A stretch of 64,000 nucleotides of DNA from Negaprion brevirostris. Lineage: Eukaryota. This document shows, piece by piece, positions 49,430 through 62,719 of this stretch. Location of the stretch: NCBI GenBank assembly GCA_030324005.1, contig JARDVH010000031.1, positions 27,117,456-27,181,455 on the forward strand, read 5' to 3'. The stretch's first letter is position 1. Each line of letters begins with the position of its first letter. Both the position numbers and the translations under genes were made by a program. Under the pieces are notes generated by a model. The model made no database searches. It was not told where the DNA came from and saw only the letters and a program-made list of their open reading frames with translations.

Positions 49430-51190
49430 ACAAAATCTGAGCATGGTGCACAGTTCTTTCACATTGCTTCTGCTGTGATCCATGCCATGCCCCATGCTGG
49501 GAAGAGCTCTCATGTGCTAGCAACTGCTCAACTAACCCCATTCTGACATTAAGGTACCATTCTGGCTGATTGGACACACATATTCCACATTTGGACCACC
49601 CAGATCCAGGAATTCACTCACTAAACATGTGTTCAACTGCAAATGGCAGTGCTTGGGTTAGACAGGAATTGCTGCTGCACCCTCACAAGNNNNNNNNNNN
49701 NNNNNNNNNNNNNNNNNNNNNNNNNNNNNNNNNNNNNNNNNNNNNNNNNNNNNNNNNNNNNNNNNNNNNNNNNNNNNNNNNNNNNNNNNTTATAGAAAGG
49801 CTGTAACACATATGAGGAGCTGAAGTTGAAAAGCTTCTGGGTCTGCAACATGAAAGAGAAGTGTAGCAGAGGCTGCAGACAGGGGGAGATCAAGAGAGAA
49901 TAAGGAGGAAGCATGCAAGGTGCTTTTAATCTGGATAGACTGTGTGCGAGCATCTACTCTGACTCCAGTTCTCTTGGGATTGTGTCACTTCAGCACCATG
50001 GCTCTTTTATTTCCCAACGGCCCATTCATCTGTGATGTCTCTTCAGTGTCCCCTTGGCCAGAAATCCTACAATAAAAGCTACCAACAAAAGCCTCACAGG
50101 GCAACTTTGAGCTGCTCTGAAGCTTGCGGTCCTGCCTCTGGATTGTGCCACCTTAACTTCAGTACAAGCACCTGAATGCCTGAGAAGCAACGGCAAAGAC
50201 ATTGGAGGATTGGCAGTGGTGGGAGCTGGAATGCTGTCATCCCAAGAGATGGTACTGGGTTTGTATTCCACAGAACCAAACTCACTCCCTTCAGTCATCC
50301 TAGCTGGAGCACAGAGCTTGCTAGCCACTTTGAGTATCGAGATTCACACCCATGATGACAGTGTCAGGCATGACAACAACCATGGATTTCAGTCTACCCT
50401 GGTGACCTTAACCTGTGTGAGATAGAGCAGAATATCAGCGAGTGTGTTGTATTGTACTTGGGTGACGCGCGTCATACAGTTGAATTGCTGAAAGTATGTA
50501 CAAGCTGTGAGCAGTAGTTGTGGAGCTAGCATCATTGGGGTGGATGTGAGATGGAAGACTGAATATTATGTCTGTGTTCCGATTGCAAGGGGAAGGCTGC
50601 AAATGAATGAGTGATGGGAGTATGGTTCCTTGAGCAACGTGAGATGTTGGCAGTATAATATGTAGGAGTTGACATGTAAAAATATTTTCACTGACTTTGA
50701 CCCCCATGTGAGGTCTTTGAATTTTTTTTGACACTGTTAGCAGATCCTTGGGCAAGGTTCCTTGGCATCCTTATCACCTGNNNNNNNNNNNNNNNNNNNN
50801 NNNNNNNNNNNNNNNNNNNNNNNNNNNNNNNNNNNNNNNNNNNNNNNNNNNNNNNNNNNNNNNNNNNNNNNNNNNNNNNNGACACTGTTAGCAGATCCGT
50901 GGGCAAGGTTCCTTGGCATCCTTATCACCTGCTCCCATTCTCTTTAGAGAGCTCTCCTTAAGGGCTTTCTGCACTTCCCCCACCCCATCAAAGTTGGCCT
51001 CTCTCCTTCTCTCAGTCTCCACCAATAATGCCTCCAGCAGCACTATACTCACAAACATAGGAGCTGTCTTCACCACCATCACTGTACCGTTTGTATAACT
51101 CCTACTTGCAGCTAGTGTCAGAACAGGTAGTCAGCTGCAGCTCCAGTCCACTGAGTGCAGCTCCCCTTTCAGAGGAACAGGCTGGCTGNN
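49430..51190 (-). mobile_element. Harbinger relic with Myb/SANT-like N-terminus
   Basis: Minus ORF 50888..51082 KTAPMFVSIVLLEALLVETERRREANF resembles the APxFSxxxLExLLxEVExRRxxLF motif; outer boundaries uncertain. Confidence 0.5.
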
Positions 51191-53274
51191 NNNNNNNNNN
51201 NNNNNAGCTCAGGCCCCTGCTCAGTGCTCAGTCTGTCAGCAGCATGGGCCCTACATAACCAAAATCTACAATCATTCAAATGATAAGGTAGAACTGAGGT
51301 GCTGCTGACCTAACAAGAGTGTGCATGGGGCAATTTCTGAATCTCGATCTCTGCATCCAAAAATGGACCGGAACAAATTTTCAGTCTTCAGTATATTGTT
51401 CATCATGGTGTAGGAATAAACATTTCCAAAATCCTCTACAATAAAACATGCATTAGTTATAACTTCCTTTCCTGATCCATTACTGGAACATAATGGGAAA
51501 AGAGAACAAGGTCAACTCACTCTGATAATTTCAAAGCAGTGTATTAACAAAGTGACAAATGACCCTGACAACTATTTTAAGGCAATCAATGAATATAAAT
51601 GTTCTGCCAAGAGAGTGAAAAGAGGGCAATATGGCGTTAAGTTCTAAATGGGGACAGAGGAATAGTCCAAAGAATGATAAACTTGTAAGGTTAATGTGTG
51701 TAGTGAGTGGAATAAAAATACATGCTGAAGGAGAGGACGTAAGAATGATTTGCAGGATTAACCATTCAGCCATTCGAGCCTGTTCCTCAATAGCATCATT
51801 TCCCTGCACTATCCCCTTATCCCGTAATGTCTTCAATATGGAGAAACCTATCAGTCTTAGGCCAGGATTTTCCACTCCCTATCATGTCAGGTAGGTTTAG
51901 TGACAGGACCAGCCAAATCACTTTTACATCAATGCAAACGTGTGGCATAATTGTCCCCTCTCCCTGTCAGTAATGGGCTGTGTTTCTCACTGTTTATCAG
52001 GAATATCATTCGCATTTTTTAACATATCATTATCAGCCCTGTCACCTGAATCACCCCACTCACTGTGTGTCAGAAAATCCATACATGTTGGCATGATGGC
52101 AGAATTATGTGAATCAGGAATGGTCTCCCAAGGCAAGTACCTGGCAAACAGCGCTCCCAAGGGGACTCAGGGAGTCAATTGGTAATGGGGTGAGAGGGAG
52201 GGGGGTTGTGGGGGCAGAGAGAGAGAGGGGGAGAGAGAGTCATGCTTGGGCACTTCACTCCTACTGGTCCCAGCACTGCCCAGGGACTGATCCCTGGCAG
52301 TGTCCAGGTAGTGCCTGGTAGTGTCAATGGGACAGTGCTGGGGGTAGTGCCATGGAGTGGGTGTGGAGGGATTGCAGGGTGAAATCCTTTGGGCTGAAAT
52401 GACCTTTATAAATGGCATCCCAATCCTCATGTTGCTAAGTTGCCAGTGGGCAAATCGGAGATATGTTGTGGGACCCTCCCCATCATGCTTTTTTTCCTCA
52501 GGTGCTGCACTGTACGGTGGAGAAAACCACTGTTGCTGTCAAAGGCTTCAATGCCACTTCTCCCACCTGACTTCGGCTTTTGCTGACTGCTGAGAAAACC
52601 TCCCCCTCAGTCTTGAACCTGACAGCCTTTGCAGCCTCTGGGACAGATAATAATGTGGCATCAAAAGAAATATGTATCAGAGTGAGAGGGTTGCTGTATA
52701 GATAGAGGAAGTTTAATGTGTATTGGAATTTGACGTTGAAGTATAATTAGTTTGAGTCCTTGAGGTCCATTTGCTGTGACATGATAGTGAAAAGCAGTGG
52801 TGCATAGAGCTACTAGGAAAACCTCAGCCTTTGGGAATCATCAGACTGGTTGAGCTCAGTTACTTATCTTGAGAAATCACTGTAGACGTTCCAGATTAGA
52901 CAGGAGGAGGAATGTTTCTGAGTGTACACATTCAGAGGTAGGGCAGAGGTACAGGAACAGAAGTGGGTGACCATCTTCTGGGCAGTGGTAAGGAAAAATA
53001 GGTGTGGAATTTAACATTGATCAAGGAAATAGAGAATGAGTTGGGCAGGGATGCTACATTGGGCAGGAAGCAAAGTTTCAAATTCCTGACTTCTCCCAGC
53101 AGCGGCTTGAAGGTGGAACAACCTTTGCAACTGCATATTGCAGGAGGCTAATTTTAGCTAATGCTGCTGGAGCAGGCGGAGCAGTCTTCTAGTTGGAACT
53201 TAAACAAGTTGGGAGAGTCTGTCAGCACCGGTGGAGTCTGCAGGAACGGGGGAGAGGTAGCTGAGAAGAATCAT

Positions 53275-53625
53275 GGATCAGGTCAAGGGTGACCTAAGGC
53301 AACTCCACGGTGATTGAGGGAGGGTCGAGGGTGACTGAAGGCAGCCAGAGGATGATTGAGGGAAGGTCAAGAGCATTTGAGACAAGGTCGAGAGCGATGA
53401 AGGGATGGTTGAGGGGGACCAAAGAAAGGTCAAGGGTGATCGAGCGAAAGTCAAAGGGTAAGGCGGGATCGGGATATTGAATTTGACGATCGGCCAAGCT
53501 CAAAATGAATGACGGAGCAGGCTTGAAGGGCCAAATGCCCCGCTCCTTCTTCTATTTTCTATATTTCTAACAAGGAAAGGCCAAAGATGATTGAGGGAAG
53601 GTCATGGGGCAGGGAGGTTGGAGGA
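53275..53625. repeat. Degenerate 21-bp tandem repeat (gagggaaggtcaagggtgatt-like), interrupted by a CR1 3' tail (about 53455-53570)
   Basis: Recurrent aggtc(a/g)ag motif; 7-aa periodicity (LDLPS..LDPPS) in minus ORF 53294..53503. Confidence 0.7.
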
Positions 53626-55949
53626 ATATCACATCAAGACCAGTCTGGAGCCCAAAGAAACATGGGCCTGCAGTAGACCAGGGTGTGGCTAAATTTAAGC
53701 TTGACTTGTTGATAGGTGCAGGATTCAGACCGAGGGCCTTTGATTGAACATTCACACTGTTGGTTATGTTGCTCCTTATCATTGGTCAGAAGTGAAACCA
53801 CACAGTGGAACCAACAGTAATCTGGTAGATCACAGCTGCAAAAATGCAAGAAAGCAGCTGTGAGATTTCCCTGTTTTTTCTTCAGCCTCACCATTGCTGT
53901 TGTTTTCACAGGTGAGTTCCAGGAAGCATGGGAAATCGAAACCACAGTCAAATCCATGTTAATAATGAGCTGAGTGACTAAGATATGGAAATTGGCATTT
54001 CCATATCTCTTTCCTGAGGCTGTCGGTCAGACACAGCCTAATGTGCTGCTGTTTTATGCCAAAGTCAGCAGGTTTGCGACTGCTTTAATGTCTGTGCTTC
54101 TAATTCTTATCAGTCCCATTCCTGCTTCTGCCAAGTTATAATTCATCCCAATTTTCTGGGGTTTCCATAGATCTATTACCTAATGCACAATAGGCATGCA
54201 GGAAAGATCTCGGAAATTTGGATTTCATTAGTCTGCTGTCTTTTAGTGTGGCTTCAGTCATTTCCAGCATTTTCAGAGGTCATAGTTAAAAAAAAGAGGT
54301 AGGGCCTTTTTAGATTCAGTTGTTGCCTCAATTTGTGTCTCTAGTGGGAAACAATTTAAGTAAGAGGTGGGCACCAGAAATGTTGAAGCAACATCACAAA
54401 GTGGCATCAGGGCTTACGTGGGCATCAAGTCTTCATCCGGGCCCCAAGGTTTTCAGATGCAACATCGGAGATACCGCTGGAACAGGTTATCTAAAGGAAG
54501 TGAGGTATCTTCTCCAAGGATGGCCTACAGATACTAGAGAAAATTGGTGAATGGGCAGGGTGAGAGGTTGCATAATATGTGAATGCATTAGCAATTTCTC
54601 CAAGATCTGGCTGTAGCGTCAAAAGGAACTCAGTGATCTGTGCCAAGGCAGGAATTCTCTTCATGGCTCTCATACTTACTGTGCAGTTCTGAAAGTCCAT
54701 GGGTACAAGCTTACCAGCCCACCGGTGAGCGTGGTGAGCTGGGTATATTGCAAAGGAGGCCCTGTTTAACAGGTGATAATGGTTTTGTGCCCAGAAAGGG
54801 CGTGAAGTCTATTTATATAAAACTGAGGTGATTTAAAATCACTTACCTGCTCCCGCAGCACTTCTTCTGGCCTCACAACTGCTTCTCCCACCGAGAATCA
54901 GTATGCTGTGCAGTAGCAGGGTCAGGGACTGTGGTCATGCCAGGATATCAGAGGTCATTGAATTCCCTGGGTGGTCGGAGGCATGGCCAGAGTGCCCAGT
55001 TCACTAATTGGGCACCCTGGTCAATGGTGCCCGAGTGCTCTGCAGCCTATTTCCCCAGATCCGCTCACCCCACCACCTCCCACAAGCACAAAGCTTCCAG
55101 CTGTCAGAAAAACTGACAGAGTGCGGGAAGATTGTAGTGCCAAACTTGCCCAAAAGACCAATGTGGAATACTTCTGTTTTCAGACTTTTATAAAACTTTT
55201 GATTTTTTTGGGAAGATTCTGCCTGTATCTTTGCTGAGATTTCTAACGTTGCCATGGCTTTCCGTAAATCAATACCTTCTTTCAGCTTGGAGTCACCTTT
55301 AGAAGCTGATACTGCTCTCAGAGCTATACTCACCCTCTNNNNNNNNNNNNNNNNNNNNNNNNNNNNNNNNNNNNNNNNNNNNNNNNNNNNNNNNNNNNNN
55401 NNNNNNNNNNNNNNNNNNNNNNNNNNNNNNNNNNNNNNNNNNNNNNNNNNNNNNNNNNNNNNNNNNNNNNNNNNNNNNNNNNNNNNNNNNNNNNNTTTCT
55501 ACACCCTGAGCTCATTTTTCAGTACTTCAAGTAAGTATGTCTGTTTACGTTTTTCTCTATTTTTTACTCTATTTAATTCTATTCTTCTCTATTTTCACAT
55601 TTTTCCTGTCACACTAGGCAAAGCAATCCTCTGAGAGATCGTGTCGCCACTGAACTGCTACTGCCCATCCTTGTCTCCCTAAACTGTTGCTGGGTTATTC
55701 AGACATCTTGGGTCACAAGAGCCAGGCAAAGTTAATTCTAAAGCACTGGAAAGGGAGATGAGGGGAGGTAAATTATATCCAGGTGAAGAAATGAGTGATA
55801 GTAAATCAATATCCTGTTTTACACTTCACACCATCTTATTCCTTGTTGACTCTCTATTCGGCAACCTAAACCCCACAAGATCCTAGTTTCCTTTTTTTTA
55901 AACTGTTGCTGGCGGCACCTGGAAATTCCAATGCTTAATCTTAAAACAT

Positions 55950-56230
55950 CGGTAGGAAGGAACTTTCCCTCTTAGTAGAAAGATCAATAACGGGGGGGAG
56001 GGCATAGATTTAAAATAAGGAGCAGGAGATTTAGAGGGAATTTGAGGAAAACATTTCCAGCCAGAAGGAATCTGAAACTCACTACCTGAAAGGATGGTTG
56101 AGACGGGAACCCTCACAACATTTAAGTAGCGCTTGAAAAACTTAGTGCACAAGGTTAAGGACCAAGTGCTGGAAAATGGGATGAAATTGGATAGGACACA
56201 ATGGGCTGAAGGGCCTCTTTCTGTGCAGCA
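55950..56230 (+). mobile_element. CR1 LINE 3' fragment
   Basis: tttccccttagt..agggcatagatttaaaataagg..atttagaggg..gggctgaagggcctctttctgtgc. Confidence 0.7.
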
Positions 56231-56639
56231 AATCACTCTATAAAGAAGCATATCTCAAATGCCAACTTCACAAAATTGGAAATTCCTGCTGAAGGATGAA
56301 TAATAATACCGCTCAAGGAAATTGATGAAGCCAAATTAAATTATAACATTTCCATAGCACGGGTTACCACAGCATGGGCCTACATTAATAATTTTCAAAT
56401 AAGTTTGAGCATCATTCATGCGCAGCATGTATTAAAGCACCACCACATGACTTTAAAGATGAATAATTTACCACTCATTGCTATAATGAGGCAACTGGCC
56501 ATTAACTTTAAAATTAGCCAAAATAACGGTGACAGCATTTCACTAGAGCAGAATTAACTCATTGGATTCTGTTCTTCATCCATTTCTGGTCATTTTCTTT
56601 AGCAAATTTCAAAAATGTTCCAGTTATCTCTCAAAAATA

Positions 56640-57240
56640 AGTGTGGACAATGGAATCTGAAACAAGAACTGAGGACGCTGGAAAATCTCTACAGGTCTGG
56701 CAGCACCAATTCCGACAGAAACAGAGTTAACTTTTCGAGTCCTGAGCCTCTTCATCAGAAGAGAGGGAGAATTTTGTTTATTTATTGGTGTGATAAGTCG
56801 GCTTATATTAATACTGCAATGAAGTTACTGTGAAAATCCCCTCTGTGTTAGAGCTGCAGAAACTGTAGCAAAAAGTAGCATCTTTAAGAATGAATGACAG
56901 ATGGCCNNNNNNNNNNATGGCCGGGGGGAGGGGATGGTTAGAATTCAGGCAAAATACATGCGTTGGATATTAAATGGGGGCAAGGGTTTAAGATGAGGAG
57001 AAAGGTTAAAATATAAAGTTGCCAAACTCAATATTAAATCCCAAGGGTTGCAGCTAGCCCAACTGGAAGATGGGAAGCTGCTCCTCCAGCTTGCGCTGGG
57101 CTACACTGGAGTATTGCAACAAGCTGGGGACGGACATGTGGACAGGAGAGCAAAATGCTGAATTAAAATGGCACTCAACAGGAAGGTTGGTGTCATGCTT
57201 GCAGACTGATGTCTCTCTAACTGATTGAAGCAGCAAAGTC
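56640..57240 (-). mobile_element. PLE family 2: GIY-YIG C-terminus plus tail with hammerhead-like motif (56725-56760)
   Basis: SVCKHDTNLPVECHFNS..HMSV..LLQYSSVAQRKLEEQ..IFQLG; reverse complement ttCTGATGAagaggctcaggactcGAAAagttaac. Confidence 0.75.
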
Positions 57241-58089
57241 AATTTGTTTTTCCGGTGTTGATAATTTTCCTGAAAATTATTAGGAATTACTTTTTGCGTT
57301 GTGCAGGGAATACAAATGGCAACCTATTTTTCAAATTCAAGCAACCCTCTTCATTTATAATTTTAGCCGACGCAGTCAATTGCAAATAACAGGGAAACGT
57401 GAATCAATTTAGGTACAAAAGAATCTGGAGAGAAATGTGAGATTCAGAATTATGGAATACAAATGAAATGGCTGAGGATTGCAGGATTGCTAAATGATAA
57501 ACTGTGAACAGTAAATAGGAGAAATAGATGCACGAATGAGCATATAAATATTCAAATTTAATTTAGGAATGTTAGATCACTGTTAGAGCTCAAATAGTCA
57601 TGATGAGAATGCAATAGACTTAATAAACAGTTTCTTTAATAAACTGGAACAAAACATGATTAGTTAAATGAAGGTGTTCAGCAGACCATACGTACATAAC
57701 CTCTGAGCTTTAGCAATCTAAGCCTTGAAGCTCAGGTAACTCAACTTAATTTGTTCTGAAATTTCTTGTCTGCTGATTTGTTCTGTTTAATTTTTATGGA
57801 GCTGGAGTTTTGAAAAGAGTTATTTTTAGCACCGTCTTCTTGTAGATAAAGACTAATTCAGTGGAGAGTTTTTGCCTGCTTCTCATTCATTTCAGTTTTG
57901 CTGGGGTCCTCGAGTCAATGAAAAGAATCTGGAATTGAAAGCTGGCCTCAGTAAAGGGGACCATGAAACTATCATCAATTGTCATAAAAACCCATCTGAT
58001 TCACCAACATCCTTTAGGAATGGAAACCTGCTGTCCTTACGTGGTCTGGCCTATATGTGACTCCAGACCAGGGCAATGCTCAAATAACA

Positions 58090-58395
58090 TCATAGAATCC
58101 CTACAGTACAGAAGGAGGCCATCCAGCCCATCAAGCTTGCACTGACAGCAATTTCACCCTATCCTCATAACCGTTTTTTTACCTTGCCAGTTCCCCTGAG
58201 ACTAAAGGAGCAATTTAGTATGGCCAACATAAGCTGCACATCTTTCAGACTGTGGGAGGAAACTGGAGCACATGGTGGAAACCCACACAGACACAGGGAG
58301 AACGTGCAAACTTCACACAGTCACTCAAGGGCAGAACTGAACCCGGGTCCTTGGCGCTGTAATGCAGCTATACTAACTGCTGTGCCACCGTGCTA
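58090..58395 (-). mobile_element. HE1-type SINE, tail type A
   Basis: catagaatccctacagtacagaaggaggcc...ctaactgctgtgccaccgtgc. Confidence 0.85.
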
Positions 58396-58877
58396 TGTAA
58401 AACCATGCCATGCCGCATCCCATGTAAAAATAAATAAAAGTTGATCAAAAGAGCTCTCCTTACTGAATATAGTTTTAATGTAGAATTGTCTTTAATTGGA
58501 TTTGAATGCCCCAGAAATCAGGAATGCAAACAGATACTTATTGATTTCTTCGCATGAAGTGGGGAATATCAGCCTTATTGTAATCACTTCACTAACGTCC
58601 CGCTCAGCAACACCCTAGTTTGAAGCGTTTACAAGGATTGTAACCCAGCCACATGAATTGGTCAGAGGCAGATGCAGGGAGAAATGAGAAGAGTTGATCT
58701 CCTGCCTAAAGGGACATGTGCAGGAAACAACAGGAAACATGCTACCAGCAAAGGAGAAGTATGATTAATTCATTCAGGATAAAGCTGTGTAAATATTAGT
58801 TTGGATGCAATTGCAACTTTGTCCTTTTGGGAATCAGTAAAGCAGGACTGAATAATTAAGGCAGAAATGTAGATAAT

Positions 58878-59700
58878 GGGCCTGATTCTCCTGTTTTGAG
58901 ACTAAGTGCTCCTGCCAATGGGAAAATAAGAGTGCATCATATTGCTGCTGGCAGCAGTGTCCACAAGCCATCCCACCTATTCAAATGGAATAGCCCAGCC
59001 CCCATGTAAAACACACGGTTTCTCCAACTCCTGCCATTGAGAAATCACCTCAATGGGCAACAAGTGGGAGCAGCTTAAAAGCGTTCCCTGTCCATCCTGC
59101 AGTCACATCACCAGAGAAAATAGCCTGAAGCCCACCAGCCTCCTTTTCCCCAGGGTAGGCAGAAGAACATCAGCAGAGGTAGTGGCAGAAGCCTGGGAGG
59201 CAGCAGTTGAGGCTGTCAGCAGCAACAATCTGGCCAGGGGGAACGCAGTGCAATGCAGGGAGAAAATTAACAACCTCCTCAGAGCTGCAAGAGTACTCAG
59301 TTGTCCTCCCCGGTATCATTCCTGACCCTAACGCAGCCATCTAATATCATCAACTCCAGCCTACTAGCATCTGCCTAAAAAACCTGCATTTCCCCAACCT
59401 CAATAATCCCCATCTTTACCACACTCTCCCCCCAACACCCATTATGCTCCTTCACAGGCTTGCCCCAGGCCACCCTCTCAAAGTCTCCTTTTCCTTTCCC
59501 CCAAGGATAGAATAGTACAGTACAGGAGGGAGTGAGGGAAGACTGACAGGTACATAGCCATGCTGAGGGTCCTTACCCCCTTTGACAAAAGGGCCCTGGA
59601 AATCACAGGGGACGCTCAGGAGTGGTCAGTCGCCAACTGCGAGTTTGGCATGCCTTGAGTAAATGAGGGTCCAAAGCACCTTTGTACTGCGAGTAAGTCT
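58878..59700 (+). mobile_element. Harbinger Myb/SANT-like gene relic with a retained intron (pseudogenised)
   Basis: Exon 1 LFPRVGRR..EAWEAAVEAVSSNNLARGNAVQCREKINNLLRAAR|gt (59293); acceptor ccccaag; exon 2 from 59506 DRIVQYRRE*GKT..LRVLTPFDKRALEITG; TIR-like start gggcctgattctcc. Confidence 0.7.
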
Positions 59701-59984
59701 AATATTCTCCACACCATTGAGAGATTACCAAAGCTAGCTCATTCCACGCTTAATTTTCACTTTCATTTTCATTTTCCCGCTCGACAATTACATCAAGATC
59801 CCATGGATACTTAAACAAACGTTTCTCTTGCCTCCTTGTCTTTGATAAAACCACCCTGTTGGATGGAATATTCCCAAGGTATTATTTGGATCCCTTTTTC
59901 CTTTATCTGGAAGAGTTCCTCTTCCTGTGTGCATGTAGGTAGGAAACAACATTATCCTATTGACCCTCAAGCACTCAAAGTGGA

Positions 59985-60170
59985 GACGATGGCCTACTGG
60001 TATTATCGCTAGACTATTAATCTAGGAACTCAGCTAATGTTCTGGGGACCTGGGTTTGAATCCTGCCATGGTAGATGGTGGAATTTGAATTCAATAAAAA
60101 AAAATTAGAATTAAGAATGCTGGCCAGCCAGATGTGTCTATGTCCCACAAATTGACTTTTTTTAAAAAAA
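59985..60170 (+). mobile_element. Third tRNA-derived SINE family, internally deleted; body fragment also at about 57915-58075
   Basis: tggtattatcgctagactattaatc..ggggacctgggtttgaatcc B-box; tail gctggccagccag shared with the LINE at 17510-18022. Confidence 0.6.
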
Positions 60171-62719
60171 GTCAAGTCCATGAGATCTAAGTACGAGAAG
60201 TAAATTGGATTCATGAAATGGCTCAGGGAGAAAAGGTGTTTTTCAGCTGCAGTGTTATTTCCTGTGCAATCCTGCAGGGTTCACTATTTAGGTCGCTTGC
60301 TTTTTGTGGTATACACCAGTGATTTAGGCTCTCTCTCAGAAATATTTGTGGTAACTTTCTGATCTTGCTGTGCCTGGCACAGATCAAGGCGATCCCGGAA
60401 AAAGGGTGCGGGCCTATAAATCTATTTCGTACCCGGCGTTAGAACACAGAACATTACAACGCAGTACAGGCCCTTCGGTCCTCAATGTTGTACCGACCTG
60501 TGAAAAACCAATCNNNNNNNNNNNNNNNNNNNNNNNNNNNNNNNNNNNNNNNNNNNNNNNNNNNNNNNNNNNNNNNNNNNNNNNNNNNNNNNNNNNNNNN
60601 NNNNNNNNNNNNNNNNNNNNNNNNNNNNNNNNNNNNNNNNNNNNNNNNNNNNNNNNNNNNNNNNNNNNNNNNNNNNNNNNNNNNNNNNNNNNNNNNNNNN
60701 NNNNNNNNNNNNNNNNNNNNNNNNNNNNNNNNNNNNNNNNNNNNNNNNNNNNNNNNNNNNNNNNNNNNNNNNNNNNNNNNNNNNNNNNNNNNNNNNNNNN
60801 NNNNNNNNNNNNNNNNNNNNNNNNNNNNNNNNNNNNNNNNNNNNNNNNNNNNNNNNNNNNNNNNNNNNNNNNNNNNNNNNNNNNNNNNNNNNNNNNNNNN
60901 NNNNNNNNNNNNNNNNNNNNNNNNNNNNNNNNNNNNNNNNNNNNNNNNNNNNNNNNNNNNNNNNNNNNNNNNNNNNNNNNNNNNNNNNNNNNNNNNNNNN
61001 NNNNNNNNNNNNNNNNNNNNNNNNNNNNNNNNNNNNNNNNNNNNNNNNNNNNNNNNNNNNNNNNNNNNNNNNNNNNNNNNNNNNNNNNNNNNNNNNNNNN
61101 NNNNNNNNNNNNNNNNNNNNNNNNNNNNNNNNNNNNNNNNNNNNNNNNNNNNNNNNNNNNNNNNNNNNNNNNNNNNNNNNNNNNNNNNNNNNNNNNNNNN
61201 NNNNNNNNNNNNNNNNNNNNNNNNNNNNNNNNNNNNNNNNNNNNNNNNNNNNNNNNNNNNNNNNNNNNNNNNNNNNNNNNNAACCTGGGACCCTGGCACT
61301 GTGAGGCAGCAGTGCTAACCACTGCCACTGTGCCGCCCCACTCTTCTGCACTGTATGATTCTATGCCACTCCCAGACTGCCCTCCTGATCCAAGTCTCCC
61401 CTATCTGATTTAACTAGCCCTCACTCTCTAACTCCCCCCTTCAACCCACCTCCCTCCTAACCCTTTGACCTCCCATTTCCTCCCACCCCCCTAACAAGAC
61501 TTGATTCATTCCCACCACCCAACTCCCTGCCAACATGACCTGATCCCATCATCTGCCAGCAACCACTCCATCCTGTTCTGACTCGACTAGCCGCTGACTC
61601 AACCTGAATAGCCTCCACCACCCGATTCATTTCCCAACCCAATCTGATTAGCTCCTGGCCTGAAAACCCCTCCCAACCTGACCCGACTAACTCCTTTCCA
61701 ACCTACTCATGCACCCACCTGGCATCCAAATGACCTCACCAACCTACTCACCTCACTCAGCTGCCCCCTTGCCCCTCCCACCACTGCCGTCCTGCAGCCC
61801 CACGCACCTGCCACCCTACTCCTTTCCCATTTACCTACCAGTTACAAAACCTTCTCTCCGTAACCTTTGAAAGAAGCTTTGAAACATGAAATAACTGAGT
61901 TATTCTAAAATTGACAATAGTTTGCATTTACTGATGATTTTTATGATTAATGAGACCAAAGATGAAGGCAAATTTAAATTAGAAAATTCAGATAGCAGAA
62001 AAATTATACATTATTTGGATAACTAATTGGAACTAAAAATTCTGGTAAAAATATCAACAGTGGGGTGAAAGGTTTTTCTCATAAAAAGAACTGACAGAAT
62101 AAATCTGAGTGATGTTGAAGGATAAGTGTTGCGTATGGAGTTTATTCTCTGCTTTTTTTTTAGTCGCACATCACAGAGGTGAAGAACATCTGAAATGTTT
62201 AGCAGAGAATCGCTGACACAGTGAAAAATGTCAAACTGTGGGAATTGGCCCTTCCGAATTCCTTCATGTCTTGCCCTGACCCTGCCATAACTGCAATCTT
62301 TATGTTGCTAAATGTAAGGGCGGCCATTAATCATTGCCGTGCCTGAGATTTCCACACTGTTTAATTAAATAAATCTGTTCAGGAAACCACAATGTCGATC
62401 ACGTCAGGATCTTTTCTCAAATTAAAAAAAAACTGACTAGTTAACATTGTCGTTCAGTATGTGACAAGGAATAAAATGCATCGCAAGTGAAATACAATTC
62501 TCAATAAATACGTTGGGAAAGTTGAAAACCAGACATGAACTCTTGTAAATTATGAGTGCTTCCTTTTCTGAATTTCACCAACTGAACCAATCTGACTTTT
62601 GGTAAATGATGGGGTGGGGTGAGTGGTTGTGGGCTTTTTACCTGTATTGTAACACTGGCCAACTTATATCCATATTATATGAATGCACATAAAATCTTGA
62701 CTTGAGTGTTATAACTGTA

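Noticed and set aside
50730-50931. 51-bp direct repeat with one mismatch on either side of a 100-N gap
   Set aside because: Typical unmerged contig overlap (probably two alleles); an assembly artefact rather than a duplication.
53886-53911. Short ag...gtgagt-bounded pseudo-exon
   Set aside because: No similarity to WDR60 and it lies in repeat-like sequence.
61370-61850. C-rich degenerate repeat (ccaacctgacccga)
   Set aside because: Low-complexity sequence, probably transposon-internal; no specific function supportable.
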